This document shows, piece by piece, positions 14,022 through 26,620 of a stretch of 47,435 bases of DNA. The stretch comes from Chiloscyllium plagiosum (lineage: Eukaryota): NCBI RefSeq assembly GCF_004010195.1, contig NC_057719.1, positions 41,809,674 through 41,857,108 of the forward strand, written 5' to 3'. The position numbers and the translations under genes are program-made. Within the stretch, counting starts at the first letter, position 1; each line of letters begins with the position of its first letter. The notes under the pieces were generated by a model, which was not told the origin of the DNA, did not search any database, and worked only from the letters and a program-made list of their open reading frames with translations.

Positions 14022-14340
14022 AGTCACTTCACAGAATGCCTACAGTGTGGAAGCAGGCCATTTGGTCCATCAAGTCCACACTGCCCATCCAAAGAACATC
14101 CCACCTCCCCACCTATCCTGTCCCTGTATTTCCCATGGCTAATCCATCAACCCTGCAAACTATGGGTAATTTAGCAGGCAAATCTACCTGTCCTGCACAT
14201 CTTTGGACTGTCGGAGGAAACCAGAGCAACCCATGCAGACATGGGGAGAATGTGCAAACTCCACACAGACAGTCACACGAGGCTGAAATCAAACCTGCTG
14301 TGAGGCAGCAGTGCTAACCATTGAGCCTCCACGCTGCCCC
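14022..14340 (-). mobile_element. HE1/V-SINE-type SINE
   Basis: ggggagaatgtgcaaactccacacagac...gtgaggcagcagtgctaacca...gctgccc is homologous to 3183-3493. Confidence 0.85.
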
Positions 14341-14422
14341 TAATACTTTCCCGAACAAAGTACTGAAGTTTTTGACAAAATAAGAATCTTAACCTTTGGG
14401 CATTGCAAACCAAAAGCAAATG

Positions 14423-14632
14423 CAGTTTGTTCTGCTCTAACGTGTGTTTCGTTAAATGTGAATTTGCTATAATTGACAAATTGGGGACACTGTTTCTACA
14501 GTGCGAACTTTTAAAGTCTGTTTATAATACAATTCTGGCCCCATTAGTTTAAGTGGTGCTGCTATTACATTATTTTCTTATTACACGGGGTTGCACGAGA
14601 ATGGAACTAACGCATTATAGCAGAACCAACTG
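14423..14632. mobile_element. Tc1/mariner-Tigger-type MITE (~210 bp)
   Basis: Terminal inverted repeats CAGTTTGTTCTGCTCTAACG and CATTATAGCAGAACCAACTG, with CAGT...ACTG ends. Both flanks are TG rather than the expected TA. Confidence 0.7.
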
Positions 14633-16049
14633 TGTTGGTTTGTGAACCAAAGTGGTACACAATTGTGAATTTGTGTGGGTTAGGATAAATGCAGAAGTGA
14701 AGTGGAATACTAAGATGGATTCAAATAAAGGTTATGGAGTTGGAAGCTGACCTTTCGACTCAAATTAGATGTGAAGCTTGAGAATGGTATGACTTAAAGT
14801 GAAACAACGGCTGGGGAGAGGGATGCATGGTTAACTGGCACTAGTGCAGCAAAAGCTATGGGTGTTAACAATATTATGGCTATAATACAAAACACTTATG
14901 TATCACAACAGGCTGCAGCCTGGACAAGGCTATTCCAGTTCAGGAATACCATTCTTTCTATATCTAACCTGTCTAGTCCTGTTAGCATGTTATAGGTTTT
15001 TATGAAAGTCATCCTTGTTCCTGTACTCGAGTCCTCTCACTGTGAAGACCAACATAAGTTTGCCTTCTTTACTCTCTGTTGCACCTGCACACTTACTTTC
15101 AGTGACTGATGGATGAGGACACCCAGGTCTCATTGACCACTCCCCTCTCTCAATTTTCAGCTGTTCAAATAATAATCTGCCTCCCTATTTTTGAATAATT
15201 TATTTTACTATTTTTAATCCCTTAGGATAGTGTCCTTGGCCAAAACACCTCCAGCTGTATTATCAATGACCATCCCTCAATAATGTTATCAGCAGTGGGG
15301 ATGTTTGCTCAATATTCATTAATATTTCTCACTTCTAAATGCAGCACAACCTAGAGACATCCAGATTTGAGCTGAAAAGTAACATTTGTACAACACAAGA
15401 TCATGTCCAACAAGACAGACTCTAACCATCTTTCCTTGATCTTCAATGGCATTAATATAATCAAATTCCAACCGTTTTAGGAGTTATCATTGACTTGAAA
15501 TCTAATTTCTTTTGTTTATACATAGGATGTGGGCATTGCTGGCAAGGCAACATGGCATTATTAGGTGTTCAATCTTAATTATCCTCAATGACTTGCTGAG
15601 TTTTTCGTGATTAAGGTTCAATCACATTGTTGTGGATCTAGAGTCACACGTAGACCAGGCCAGGAAAGGATGACGATAGTTTCATTATCACCATTACTTA
15701 GACAAGCTTTAAATTCCAGATTTTACTCATGGAACTTAAATTCCGCCAGCTGCTATAGTGAGATTTGAACCTGGGTCTTATGGGAGTCTCAGTAACAGGA
15801 GCTGTGCCAAGGTTTGTGGCAGAAGAAGTCAATGTTATGAGAATCTCGTGACATCTTCTATGTTTTTCACAATGGGGCATAAAGGGGCAGGGTGGGCATT
15901 ATTTAGGTGCACTGCCAGGGTTTGGGGAACAGGCAGGATGGTGTAGGTGTGGTTAGTCTTCACATGGGAAGGAGAGGGGATAGATTGGTGAAGAAGTGAG
16001 ATGTAAAGAGGGGGTGAACCTGGTGGCCTTGCAAGGCTTAGAGCTGATG

Positions 16050-16630
16050 GTGTCCACTGCGAGCTGTGTTCCCTGCCCTCACTTTCCATTCTCTTGAAGC
16101 ATTAGAAAATGGCAAGGACAAGGACCAGCATAGACACAGTAAACTACAGTTCGATGGACAAAAGCATTGGATTCATTTGCTGGATGCTACAAATACAGGA
16201 AGTAGCCACTTGCGAAGCTCAACCACACTTAATTTGCAATCATTTCAATGCCCATTTGCTATGCATGCAGTTTGAAGAAATTGAGGGGTTAGATGCTGGT
16301 CAAAGGCAATTTACAACATGCCACTGCTGCTTGCAAATTGAACTTGGGTACCTCAATAATGTTGAAGTTAGCAGTAATGACATTACAAAAGGCCAATATT
16401 GACTGAAGGGGAACCATTATTCTTGTAACTTCCAAGTGTCCTGTGTGAGTCACACAATATAATTTGTCACGTGTGTGTACTATGGTCTGTATTAAGTGTA
16501 GTAAGTAGTTGAACATTTGATCTGAGTCTGGGGTAGGAAAGATGTTGAACCACTGCAGGCAATCCCTTCTCAATGACACTCAGCCAGCACAGCACCTTCA
16601 TCAAGTTGTTACACAAATTGAGCTTGGGGT
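16050..16630 (+). mobile_element. Highly degraded PIF/Harbinger transposase remnant
   Basis: Fragmentary similarity, in the expected order, to Harbinger transposase motifs (F..AG.P.V.G, FHS.N.QL.C, GYP, LHN); many disabling changes. Confidence 0.3.
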
Positions 16631-16639
16631 GGGGGAGTC

Positions 16640-16930
16640 CAGAACTTGAGGGCATAGGCTTAGGGTGAAAGGGGAAAGATATAAAAGAGACCTAAAGAGC
16701 AACCTTTTTCACGCAGAGGATGATGCATGCATGGAATGGGCTGCCAGAGGAAGTGGTGTAGGCTGGTATAATTGCAACATTTAAAAGGCATTTGGGTGGG
16801 TATATGAATAGGAAGGGTTTGGAGGGATGTGGGCCAGGTGCTGGCAGGTGGGACTAGATTGGGTTGGAATATCTGGTCGGCATGGACGGGTTGGACTGAA
16901 GGGTCTGTTTCCATGCTGTACATCTCTATG
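16640..16930 (+). mobile_element. CR1 LINE 3' end
   Basis: ggggagtccagaact.gagggcatagg...ccagaggaagtggtg..ggctggtataattgcaacatttaaaaggcattt...gggtctgtttccatgctgtacatctctatg is the CR1 3' ORF2/UTR. Confidence 0.9.
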
Positions 16931-17589
16931 AATGTGGATGGATGAAGAAGTCATGTCCCACATTACGGGGGTGTAGCATGTCTCACTGTCCAGTGTGGCG
17001 TGCTCAGTCCTCATTTGCTAGGTATACCAAGGATGACTGATCTGAGATTTTAAAAAACTGTCACTTCTTAGCTTCCCATTAAGTCATTTCCACTAAGTGT
17101 CCAGGCCCTGCCACTGATGGCATGTTGGTCCCTGAAGATATGGATCTGCTGCTTGGACCTGCCTGGGAGGGCTGGCCCTCCAGTATAGTCCTGACAGAAT
17201 ATGCCACATCATCCCTGTGTGCTGTGCTTTGAATATCTGGAGCAGGGAATGAGTCAATGTATTAGATGCTAAGAAATTGAGGGAATCGGAGTAATCTTTC
17301 AAGGAGAAGGACAAGGGGTGGGGGGGGAGGGGTAAGGGAGGGAAGGAAGGATTGTCATTGCTCATGACAGGTCAGCTATATCAGGCACTACAGACAGAAC
17401 CTCACTTGTCATAGATGAGTGCAACAATCTATTGTGGACTGTAAAATAGTAATTGGTCATGATGCTGAAATCTGGCTTGCATTGTGGGGAAAGGCAGTTT
17501 GTATTTGCTTTTGTTTTCTGTAAACAAAGGCTTATGTTTCATTTTGTCCATCTATGTGATGTCCCTGTACTGGACAATGATGAACTGTG

Positions 17590-17801
17590 AGAAAATGTGA
17601 ACTGCAGATACTGGAAATCAGAATCAACAGATGTGGTGCTGGAAAAGGACAGCTGTTAAGGCAGCATCCTAGAGTTGACGATTCGAGCATAAGCTCTTCA
17701 CCAGCAATGTAAAAGATGAAGAGCATTTGCCTCAAAACGTCGACTCTCCTGCTCCTCAGATGTTACCTGACCAGCTATGCTATTCCAGCACCATACCTTT
17801 T
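17590..17801. mobile_element. Fold-back mini-element of two inverted PLE termini, each with a degenerate hammerhead motif
   Basis: Left arm is the reverse-complement PLE end including the tail; right arm is the forward end lacking the tail. Flanked by a 17-bp direct repeat GACAATGATGA(A/G)CTGTG at 17573-17589 and 17802-17818. Confidence 0.8.
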
Positions 17802-20800
17802 GACAATGATGAGCTGTGGGCCGACAGTGAGAAATGGGGTCGGATTAGCACTGACTTAGAGGATGTTCAGATGGGATGTAGTGATAGACAGGTAAAGTAT
17901 GGCTGAATGGTTAAGCAGTGACTAGATTGTGCGAATGAAGTTGTATGTGTGAGAGTGTGCCAGCTTTTCCAGCTATGTGCCATGCGCAACTTGGCTTATG
18001 GCTGTAGTGCCATGAGACTGCCAATGAGGGATAAGTCTGGATTGATAATATGTGTTTGAGGGCATAGCAGCCTTTCAAAAGTGGCACGAGTGCAAGGGGT
18101 ACCTATGTTTGGGAAGATATCTGCTGAATGGTGAGCTGTTGTAGGAATAATACGTGGTCAAGTGGAGCTGGAATCAGACTGGTGGGGTAGGTAGCTAATA
18201 CATTGAGTTTGGTACGATGCAAAATAAAATCACCAGAAATGGCAGCAAAAAATTTCCAAATAATTTCAAAGCAACTTGGACTTAGCCAATAAAGCATAAG
18301 AGTCAGCTGATCATGACTAATGGTGGTAGGAGCATTGGAACACTGCCACCTACAGCTTCTCTTCCAGGTTACATACCATTCGAAGTAGGAAATGCAATCA
18401 CATTCATTTATTATCACCAAGTCAAAACCCTGGAATGCTCTCCCTAATGTGGCTGTAGCTGTAACTAGATCCCATAATCTGTCATAGTTCAAGAAGGAGG
18501 CTCACCAACACCAGTTCAAGGGCAAAGAGGGTTAGATGAAAAATGCTAACATGGTCAATGATAACCACTTCTTTAGATCAAGAATTAACATGAATCTATG
18601 GGAAGGGTGCGTATTATATGCAGGGGCTAAAGCCATCTGTTTTAGTTTACTAAATATTTAGTTGGACTAAGTAACAAATAACAGTATGGCAATACAGAAG
18701 TGCTAAAGAGGTAGAGAAACCTATACGTGGAACCTGATCCTATGTTTCCAGGAGATATTGCCCAAAAGCAGAATGTAGATACATAACAGGCAAGAGTTCA
18801 GGATAGATCCTTGGGAAAACTCTATATGTAAAAAGAACAGAGGTTGCAAAAAAAAAAATTGCTTGAAATACTCCAGCTAGAATTGCATGGTAAGAGCATG
18901 GTAGGAGGTGGATGATATGGTCGACTGCAATAAGGTTGTGAAGGACAAGGATTGATAGTACACCACAGGCAGTCACCAAAGAAGCCACAATTTATTCTCA
19001 GGACTTCTCCTCGCTGTCTGTAACTGAAGTCACCATTTCCCAAAACATGACAGACTTTACTAAGTGCAAATATATTCCAACTGATATTCTACAAACAAAG
19101 TATTGTAACAGCCACTCATTGGCCTTCTTGTACACGAGTTTATAAAGCATATGCTGAAGGCATCTCCAAACTTATCATGATACCAACATGAAGTGGACTT
19201 CAGGTCAACTTTTCATCTGTCTTTGCTATTCGTAGATTAATCCTATTAGGTCAAATAATTCAAAAGCTTGTAACTAGCATAATATGGCAGTTTGGATTTT
19301 AATTCTTGTGTGTGGTGAATAGAGATGGGACTATTCTCAGCCCCACAAAATGTATCCTTTTAAAATGGTTGCCCAAACTTATTATTTTTGATCTGGGGCT
19401 ACAGTCCGGATTAGAAGCCAGTGCCTTATCTCAGCCAGAGAACTGTTCTACCTATCTGAATGAGCATATTACCTCTCTAAAGGGTATCTTACTTTTCCCA
19501 AATGTATCCCGGGATTGGTGCCAAAAGGATACCATGCACCTCTGGGCTAACCAAACAGGTCCACAAGGTTCAGATCCCCTTTTACCTGGTCCAACCTACA
19601 GACATCAGGATTCAAACACATATCTCATCAAAATCACACAGGATTGGAGCCAGCTGGCCATTTAAATGGGAATATAGGAAGTGCCATGTGCAGAGATAGA
19701 ACTTGCCATTTCTGAGCATTCCTGCCATTTTTGGCTATGACAGTAGGACAGAGAGACTTGCCACCCAGGAAAACTTCCTGAGCCAAAAGGAATTAATGCC
19801 TTTAATGTCATAAAACCTTCAAAGGTGCTTCACTGAAGCACTATTAAACAAAAATCAATACTGAGCCAATTCACGGAAAATGTCAGAAGTTAGGGTCTAG
19901 GCAGCTGAAGGCATGGTCACTATGCTGAAAATCGAAAGTGCAACTGGCCAGAATTGGAGGAAGACAGATAACCCTAAGGGATGTGGGATGGAATGAGGTA
20001 AAATTTATAGAGATTGATGAGGGTTTGGCAGGTTTTGAAAACCAGCACGGACATGGGTAAACAGCTGTGAACCCTTTGTAAGGAATGACAAGGCAAATAA
20101 GTCTTAATATCGAATCACAAATTAGCAACTTGCCTCAGTTAAACCACGCAATCAAACTGAAGTACCCCTCAAGGAAATACTACCTACCGTCTGCCGATAA
20201 ATCTGTTTTTATATTTCTATCATATACCATCCACATAATTTGACTGACAACCCTCAACTCCTCTGTTCTCCTGATGACAGTGTGAATCACACTGCGACTG
20301 GAAAGCTGTCATCTCCATTGCAAGTTCAAAAAGCTTTATGCAACAGGTTTGCTTTCCAATTAGGAATGTTGATTAGGTACTGGATTCAATACTAACTTGA
20401 AAAACAATCCAGTAAAACAGAGGTTGGCAGGTAATATAGTAGACAGAAGCAGGAGTAGGCACATCAAGCCTCCTCCGCTATTAGATCTGACTATCACTTG
20501 AATCAATTCTGAGTGGCTTTACACGGAAACAAAAATAAAACTGTCAGTTCTGAAGAAGAGCCACTGGACTCAAAACATTAATTCTGCTTTTCTCCACAGA
20601 TACTGTCAGGCAGCAATTTCTGATTTTGCTAAAGAATTTTAAATGCAAGGTTTCAACATATGTCAGGTGGAATGTTAACTTGTATCCTCCACACCATTCA
20701 TAACCATTTTGTCATAAATCAAAGACTAACTGGTCATCCTGCCTGATCTTTCCACTGAAGTTCACAGAACCGTAGTTCAAACTTTGTCTGAAGATTTGTT

Positions 20801-21479
20801 TCCTCGTCTCACTGCCAATTTTAACTTTGTGTTAAATTAAAAATCTTGGCAACATTTTCCAAGTCAATTGAAAATAAAATCTGCCACAGTTAAAACTTGG
20901 TGACTATTTTATGAAGAGCCCATTCTGTGCTTCTGGTATAATCTGATTTTATCCCCAGATCACTGATTAATACTCCAAGTTGAAACTCTGAAACTGCCTC
21001 TCTAACATGAGCGTAGCATGTCGACTGTGGTGGTTCAAGAAGCCAGCATACCACAACCTTCTCAAAGGCAACTATTGGTGGGTAATAAATGCTGGCCAAT
21101 TACCATATCCCATGAATGAATTTAAAAACAAGATGCTATCTAGATCGGGTTACTAAACTAAACTGATTACATCTGCTCATCAGCCATGTGTACCAGGTTC
21201 AGTCTGTTAGCTCTCAGTTCATGACGGGTGCACAGAGATGAGCTTTAATGGAATATGTTCCTGTATCTCCATATTATCCTAGAAATGATGTGCACCATCT
21301 GTCTACAGAGCAAGTTGTCAATATTCATAGCCTCTTATAAAATGAAGTAAGGTAGATACAAGGGAATGCATTTCAACTGCAGGTGTTAAAGGGTGGTGAC
21401 TGCAGGGATATTAATTTGAGGATTTTAAAATTACTGTATCTGGAATTATAATCCTACGACTTAATCTTTTTTGAAACAT

Positions 21480-22300
21480 TTAGAGTCACAGAGATGTATA
21501 ACATGGAAACAGACACTTTGGTCCAACTTATCCATGCTGACCAGATATTCTAAATAAATCTTGTCCCATTTGCCAGCATTTGGTCCATATCCCTCTAAAC
21601 CCTTCCTATTCACATCCCCATCCAGCTGTCATTTAAATGTTGGAATTGTATCAGCCTCCATCACTTCCTCTGGCAGCTCATACCATACATGCACCACCGT
21701 CTGCATGAAAATGTTGCCTCTTTAGGTCCCTTTTACATTTTGCCCCTCTCACTTTAAATCTGTGCTCTCGTGTTTTGGTCTCTCCCACTCCGAGGAAAAG
21801 ACCTTGTCTATTCTATGCCCCTCTTTATAGACCTCTTTAAGGTCACCCCATAGCCTCTGTCACTCCAGGTAAAATAGCCCCAATCTATACAGTCTCTCTC
21901 TGTAGCTCAAACCCTCCAACTCCAATCTTTTCTGAACCCTTTCAAGTTTCACAACATCTTTCCTATAGCAGGGAGACATGAGTTGCACACAGTATTCCAA
22001 ACATGGCCTTACCAGTGTACTGCACAGCCACAACATGACCTCCCAACTCCTATACTCAATGTTCTGACCAATAAAGGCAAGCATACTAAACGCCTTCTTC
22101 ACTATCTTATATATCTGTGACTCAACTTTCAAGGAGCTATGAACCTGCACTCCAAGGTTTCTTTGTTCAGTAACACTCCCCAGGACCTTACCATTAAGTT
22201 TATAAGTCTGCCCTGATTTGCCTTTCCAAAATGCAACAGCTCACATTTATCTAAATTAAACTCCATCTGTCACTCATTGGCCCATTGACCCATCTGATTA
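21480..22300 (-). mobile_element. CR1 LINE 3' portion
   Basis: ORF 21860-22150 (QVHSSLKVESQ...LVRPCLEYCVQ...KDVVKLERVQKR) plus the CR1 3'UTR with an agagtca-type tail. Confidence 0.92.
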
Positions 22301-22470
22301 CTTAGTTTAAAGTTTAAACTAATGGTTCAAATTTTCCAATTTATCCATTAGTACTGTTTTAGATTGATGCTGCAGTCTAGAGAAAGTGATGACTGCAGAT
22401 GCTGGAGATCAGAGTCGAGAGTGTGGTGCTGGAAAAGCACAGCCGGTCAGGCAGCATCCGAGGTGAAGTA

Positions 22471-22507
22471 GAATCGACGTTTCGGGCATAAGGCCTTCAT
22501 CAGGAAT
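22471..22507 (-). ncRNA. Minimal hammerhead ribozyme motif
   Basis: Minus strand ATTC-CTGATGA-A-GGCC(ttat)GCCC-GAAA-C-GTC-GATT. Core is intact; one mismatch in helix II. Confidence 0.65.
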
Positions 22508-23822
22508 GAGGCTTGTGGGTCAGGACTGAGAGATAAATGGGAGGGGTGTGGGGCTGGGGGGAGGTAGGTGGGAAATCAATAGGTGGATGAAGGTGAGGGA
22601 GAAGGTGATAGGGCAGAGGGGGCAATGATGGATGGGCCCGGAGGGCAGTGCCGAGTTGGAGGCTTGGGACTGGGATAATGTTGGGGAATGGGAAATGAAG
22701 AAGCTGTTGAAATTCACATTTATCCCGTGTGGTGTCAGGGTCCCAAGGCGGGATATGAGGCGTTCCTCCTCTAGGCGTCGAGTGGTAATAGTTTGGCAGT
22801 GGAGGAGGCCCAGGACCTGCATGGCCTTGGTGGAGTGGGAGGGGGAGTTGAAGTGTTCAGCCACGGGGCGGTGGAGCTGGTGGGTGCAGGTGTCTCAGAG
22901 ATGTTCTCTGAAACTAAAAAAAGTGTACTGTCTCCCCGATGTAGAGGAGACCACACCGGGTGCAAATGATGCAGTAGATAACATTGGTAGAGGTGCAGGT
23001 GACTTTCTGACAGATGTGGAAAGATCCCTTGGGGCCCTGGACAGAGGTGAGGGGAGTGGTGTGGGCACAGGTTTTGCACTTCCTGCAATGGCAGGGAAAG
23101 GTGCCCGAATGGGTGTCGGCTGGTGGGGGGGTGTCGACCTGACAAGGGAATCACAGAGGGAATATCTTTTTGGAACGCTGATAGGGGTGGGGAGGGAAAT
23201 TCATCTGTGGTGGTAGGGTCCGTTTGGAGGTAGTGGAAGTGGCGGAGGATGATGTGTTGTATGCGGAGGTTGGTGGGGTGAAAGGTGATGTGTTGTAGGC
23301 GGGTTCTGTCCTCCGCCTTCATCACATCTGTTCCCAGGATGACCAATTCCACTTCAGAAAGTCCCAGATGGCCTCCTTCTTCCACGATTGCAACTTCCCT
23401 TCCCACGTGGTTGACGATGCCCTCCAGCGCATCTCCTCCACTTCACGCACCACCGGCCTTGAACCCCAACCCTCCTAATGCAACAAGGACAGTACTCCCC
23501 TTGTTCTCACCTTCCACCCCACCAACCTCCACATACATCATCCTTCACCACTTCTGCCACCTCCAAACCAATCCCAACACCAGAGACATATTTCTCTCCC
23601 CACCCCTATTAGCGTTCCGAAAAGACCATTCCCTCTGCAAATCTCTCAACAGGTCCACGCACCCCACCAGCCCACCCCCCCACTCCTGGCACTTTTCCCT
23701 GCCACCACAGGAAGTGCAAAACCTGTGCCCACACTACTCCCCTCACCTCCGTCCAATGCCCCAAGGGATCCTTCCACATCCGTCAGAAATTCACCTGCAC
23801 CTCTACCAATGTTATCTACTGC

Positions 23823-23856
23823 ATCCTGATGAAGGGCTTTTGCCTGAAACGTCGAT
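23823..23856 (+). ncRNA. Minimal hammerhead ribozyme motif
   Basis: ATC-CTGATGA-A-GGGC(tttt)GCCT-GAAA-C-GTC-GAT. Core intact, helix I ATC/GAT, GUC cleavage triplet. Confidence 0.7.
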
Positions 23857-24497
23857 TTTCACGCTCCTTGGATGCTGCCTGACCTGCTGTGCTTTTCCAG
23901 CACCACTCTAATCTAGACTCAGCACCCAGTGTGGTCTCCTCTACATCGGGGAGACAGGACGCTTTCTTTCGGATTGTTTCAGAGAATGTCTTTGGGACAC
24001 CCGCACCCACCAACCCCACCACCCTGTGGCTCAACACTTCAACTCCCCCCAACTCCGTCAAGGACATGCAGGTTCTGGGCCTCCTCCACCACCAAACCAT
24101 ACCACCCGCTGCCTGGAGGAGGAATGCCTCATATTCTGCCTTGAGACCTTGCAATCACATGAGATAAATGTGGATTTCAACAGCTTTCTCATTTCCCCTC
24201 CGCCAACATTATCCCAGTCCCAAGCTTCCAACCTTGGCACCACCCTCTGGACCTGTCCATCATTCCCCCTCTGACCTATCACCTTCTCCCTCACCTTCAT
24301 CCACCTATCGCTTTCCCAGCTATCTCCACCCAACCACACCCGTCTCCCATTTATCTCTCAGCCCCAACCCACAAGCCTCATTCCTGATAAAGGGCTTATG
24401 CCTGAAATGTCGATTCTCCTGCTCCTCAGATGCTGCCTGACCTGCTGTGCTTTTCCAGCACCACACTCTCGACTCTGATGCTGCAGTCCATAAATTA

Positions 24498-24638
<141 letters not shown>

Positions 24639-24761
24639 TTACATGTTAGAAAGCCTGTTTTGGAAATGCTTTTATTTGTTTTATTTTCATTTGGCAAGAA
24701 CATTAATGAATTAATTGTTAATAGTAAATAGTGATAATAAATTTCATAATGAACTCATCTA

Positions 24762-25028
<267 letters not shown>

Positions 25029-25329
25029 TCAGGAAGACAGCAAAGGCAGTGACATGTCTCATAAACATTCTGTTAAAATGGGAACCTTAGAATGCTGCAC
25101 TGATGATAGCTCTATTTAAAGTGACAGTAAGACAACTCATGTTGATTAGCTCCATTCTAAAATAAAACACAAATATTTATTCAGTGGGATAATGATTTTT
25201 AAATGCAGTTGCACTGGAAGTTAGATTATATTGCAATTTACTATCATATTTAGAAGATTACAAATATGTTGTTGTCTAGCATTAACCTGTAAATGATGGG
25301 AAGTCCAAGGACCAAGGCTAGCCATAGCA

Positions 25330-25510
25330 TGCTGGCCTCTCAATCAGAAGGTTGTGGGTTCCAATCCAGACTATGGTTCATCACAGAAATCAAGACTGGC
25401 ACTCCTAGTGTAGGACTGAATGAGTGCTATAGGGGTGTGGACTCTGGGATGTAGGAGTTAATGTCCTCTTTGATAGATGCAAAATATCCAAATGCGACTA
25501 TTTTTCGAAG
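25330..25510 (+). mobile_element. Old DeuSINE (SacSINE1-like) remnant
   Basis: cctctcaatcagaaggttgtgggttc...aaatcaagactggcactcctagtg.aggactga.tgagtgct...actatttttcgaag resembles my recollection of the shark Deu-domain SINE head. Truncated by the CR1 that follows. Confidence 0.5.
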
Positions 25511-25710
25511 GCCTTTGACAAAGCGCCACACAAGAGGCTGCTAAATATGATAAGACGTCATCGTGGCAAGATACTGGCATGGATAGAAGATTGGCAAAAG
25601 GCAGAGAGTTGGATAAAGGAATCTTTTTTCAGGATTGCAGCCAGTGACTAGTGGAATTCCGCAAACTACAACTATTCAGGTTATACGTTAATGATCTGGA
25701 CAAAGTAACA

Positions 25711-26049
25711 TGAAAGGTGATAGCATTATCATGAGACTATTAACCCAGAAACCCAAGTCATGTTCTGGAGACCATGCCATGGCAGATGATGAAATTTGAA
25801 TTCAACAAATGTCCAGAACTAGGAATCTAATGTTGATTATGAATCCATTGTCGACTGTCAGGAAGAACCCATCTGGTCCACTCACCTCCTTTAAAGAAGG
25901 AAGCTGCTGCCCTTACCTAGTCTGATCTACATGTAATTCCAGACCAACAATGTCACTGACTCTTAACTGCCCTATGGGCAATTCAGGATGGGCAATAAAT
26001 GATGGCCTGGCTAATGACAGCCACATCCCATGAAGGAATAAACAAAAAT
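25711..26049 (+). mobile_element. SINE-like repeat nested in CR1
   Basis: Homologous to 13765-14020. Interrupts the CR1 between ...gacaaagtaac and tgagggcattgttgctaag. Confidence 0.7.
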
Positions 26050-26127
26050 TGAGGGCATTGTTGCTAAGTTTGCAGACAATACAAAGTTAGGTGGAGGGAC
26101 AGGAAGTAGAGAGGCTGCAGAAGGATT

Positions 26128-26620
26128 TAGGCAAAAGTGAGGACCGCAGATGCTGGAGATTAGAGTCAAGATTAGAGTGGTGATGGAAAGGCACAGCAGG
26201 TCAGGCAGCATCTGAGAAGCAGGAAAATCGACGTTTTGGGCAGGAGCCCTTCATCAGGAATGAGAATTGGGGCAGCACGGTGGCACAGTGGTTAGCACTG
26301 CTGCCTCACAGCGCCGGATATCCGGGTTCAATTCCCGCCTCAGGACTGTGTGGAGTTTGCATGTTCTCCCTGTGTCTGCGTGGGTTTCCTCCGGGTGCTC
26401 CGGTTTCCTCCCACAGTCCAAAGATCAGGTGAATTGGCAATGCTAAATTGCCCGTAGTGTTAGGTAAGGGGTAAATGTAGGGATATGGGTGGTATGGGTG
26501 GGTTGCGCTTCGGCGGGTCGGTGTGGACTTGTTGGGCCGAAGGGCCTGTTTCCACACTGTAATGTAATCTAATCTAATCTAATAATCTAATCAGATGCTG
26601 CCTGACCTGCTGTGCATTTC
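26128..26620. mobile_element. Composite insertion: inverted PLE terminus + full SINE + forward PLE end
   Basis: 26128-26265 is a reverse PLE end, 26269-26592 a SINE, and 26592-26620 cagatgctgcctgacctgctgtgcatttc. Bounded by the 13-bp direct repeat CTGCAGAAGGATT (26115-26127, 26621-26633). Confidence 0.8.
26269..26592 (+). mobile_element. HE1/V-SINE-type SINE, full length and well preserved
   Basis: GGGCAGCACGGTGGCACAGTGGTTAGC (A box), GGTTCAATTCCC (B box), central domain, (TCTAA)n tail; many CpGs retained. Confidence 0.92.

Larger units (their letters stand above)
22378..24475. mobile_element. Rearranged Penelope-like element (Neptune-like): inverted segment plus partial tandem, in TMEM179 intron 3
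   Basis: Minus segment 22378-~23285 encodes the Cys-rich linker and GIY-YIG endonuclease (CRKCKTC...NVIYCIIC..CGLLYIGET; HFNSPSH...LGTLTPHGIN). Plus segments ~23300-23915 and ~23920-24475 repeat these parts. Bounded by the 13-bp direct repeat TGATGCTGCAGTC (22365-22377, 24476-24488). Confidence 0.9.

Noticed and set aside
22632..24440. Several overlapping Pro/Ser- or Gly/Trp-rich ORFs
   Set aside because: Alternative frames and antisense of the degraded PLE.
26269..26345. tRNA-like A/B box sequence (also at 3420-3493)
   Set aside because: It is the tRNA-derived head of a SINE, continuous with the SINE body and tail, not a tRNA gene.
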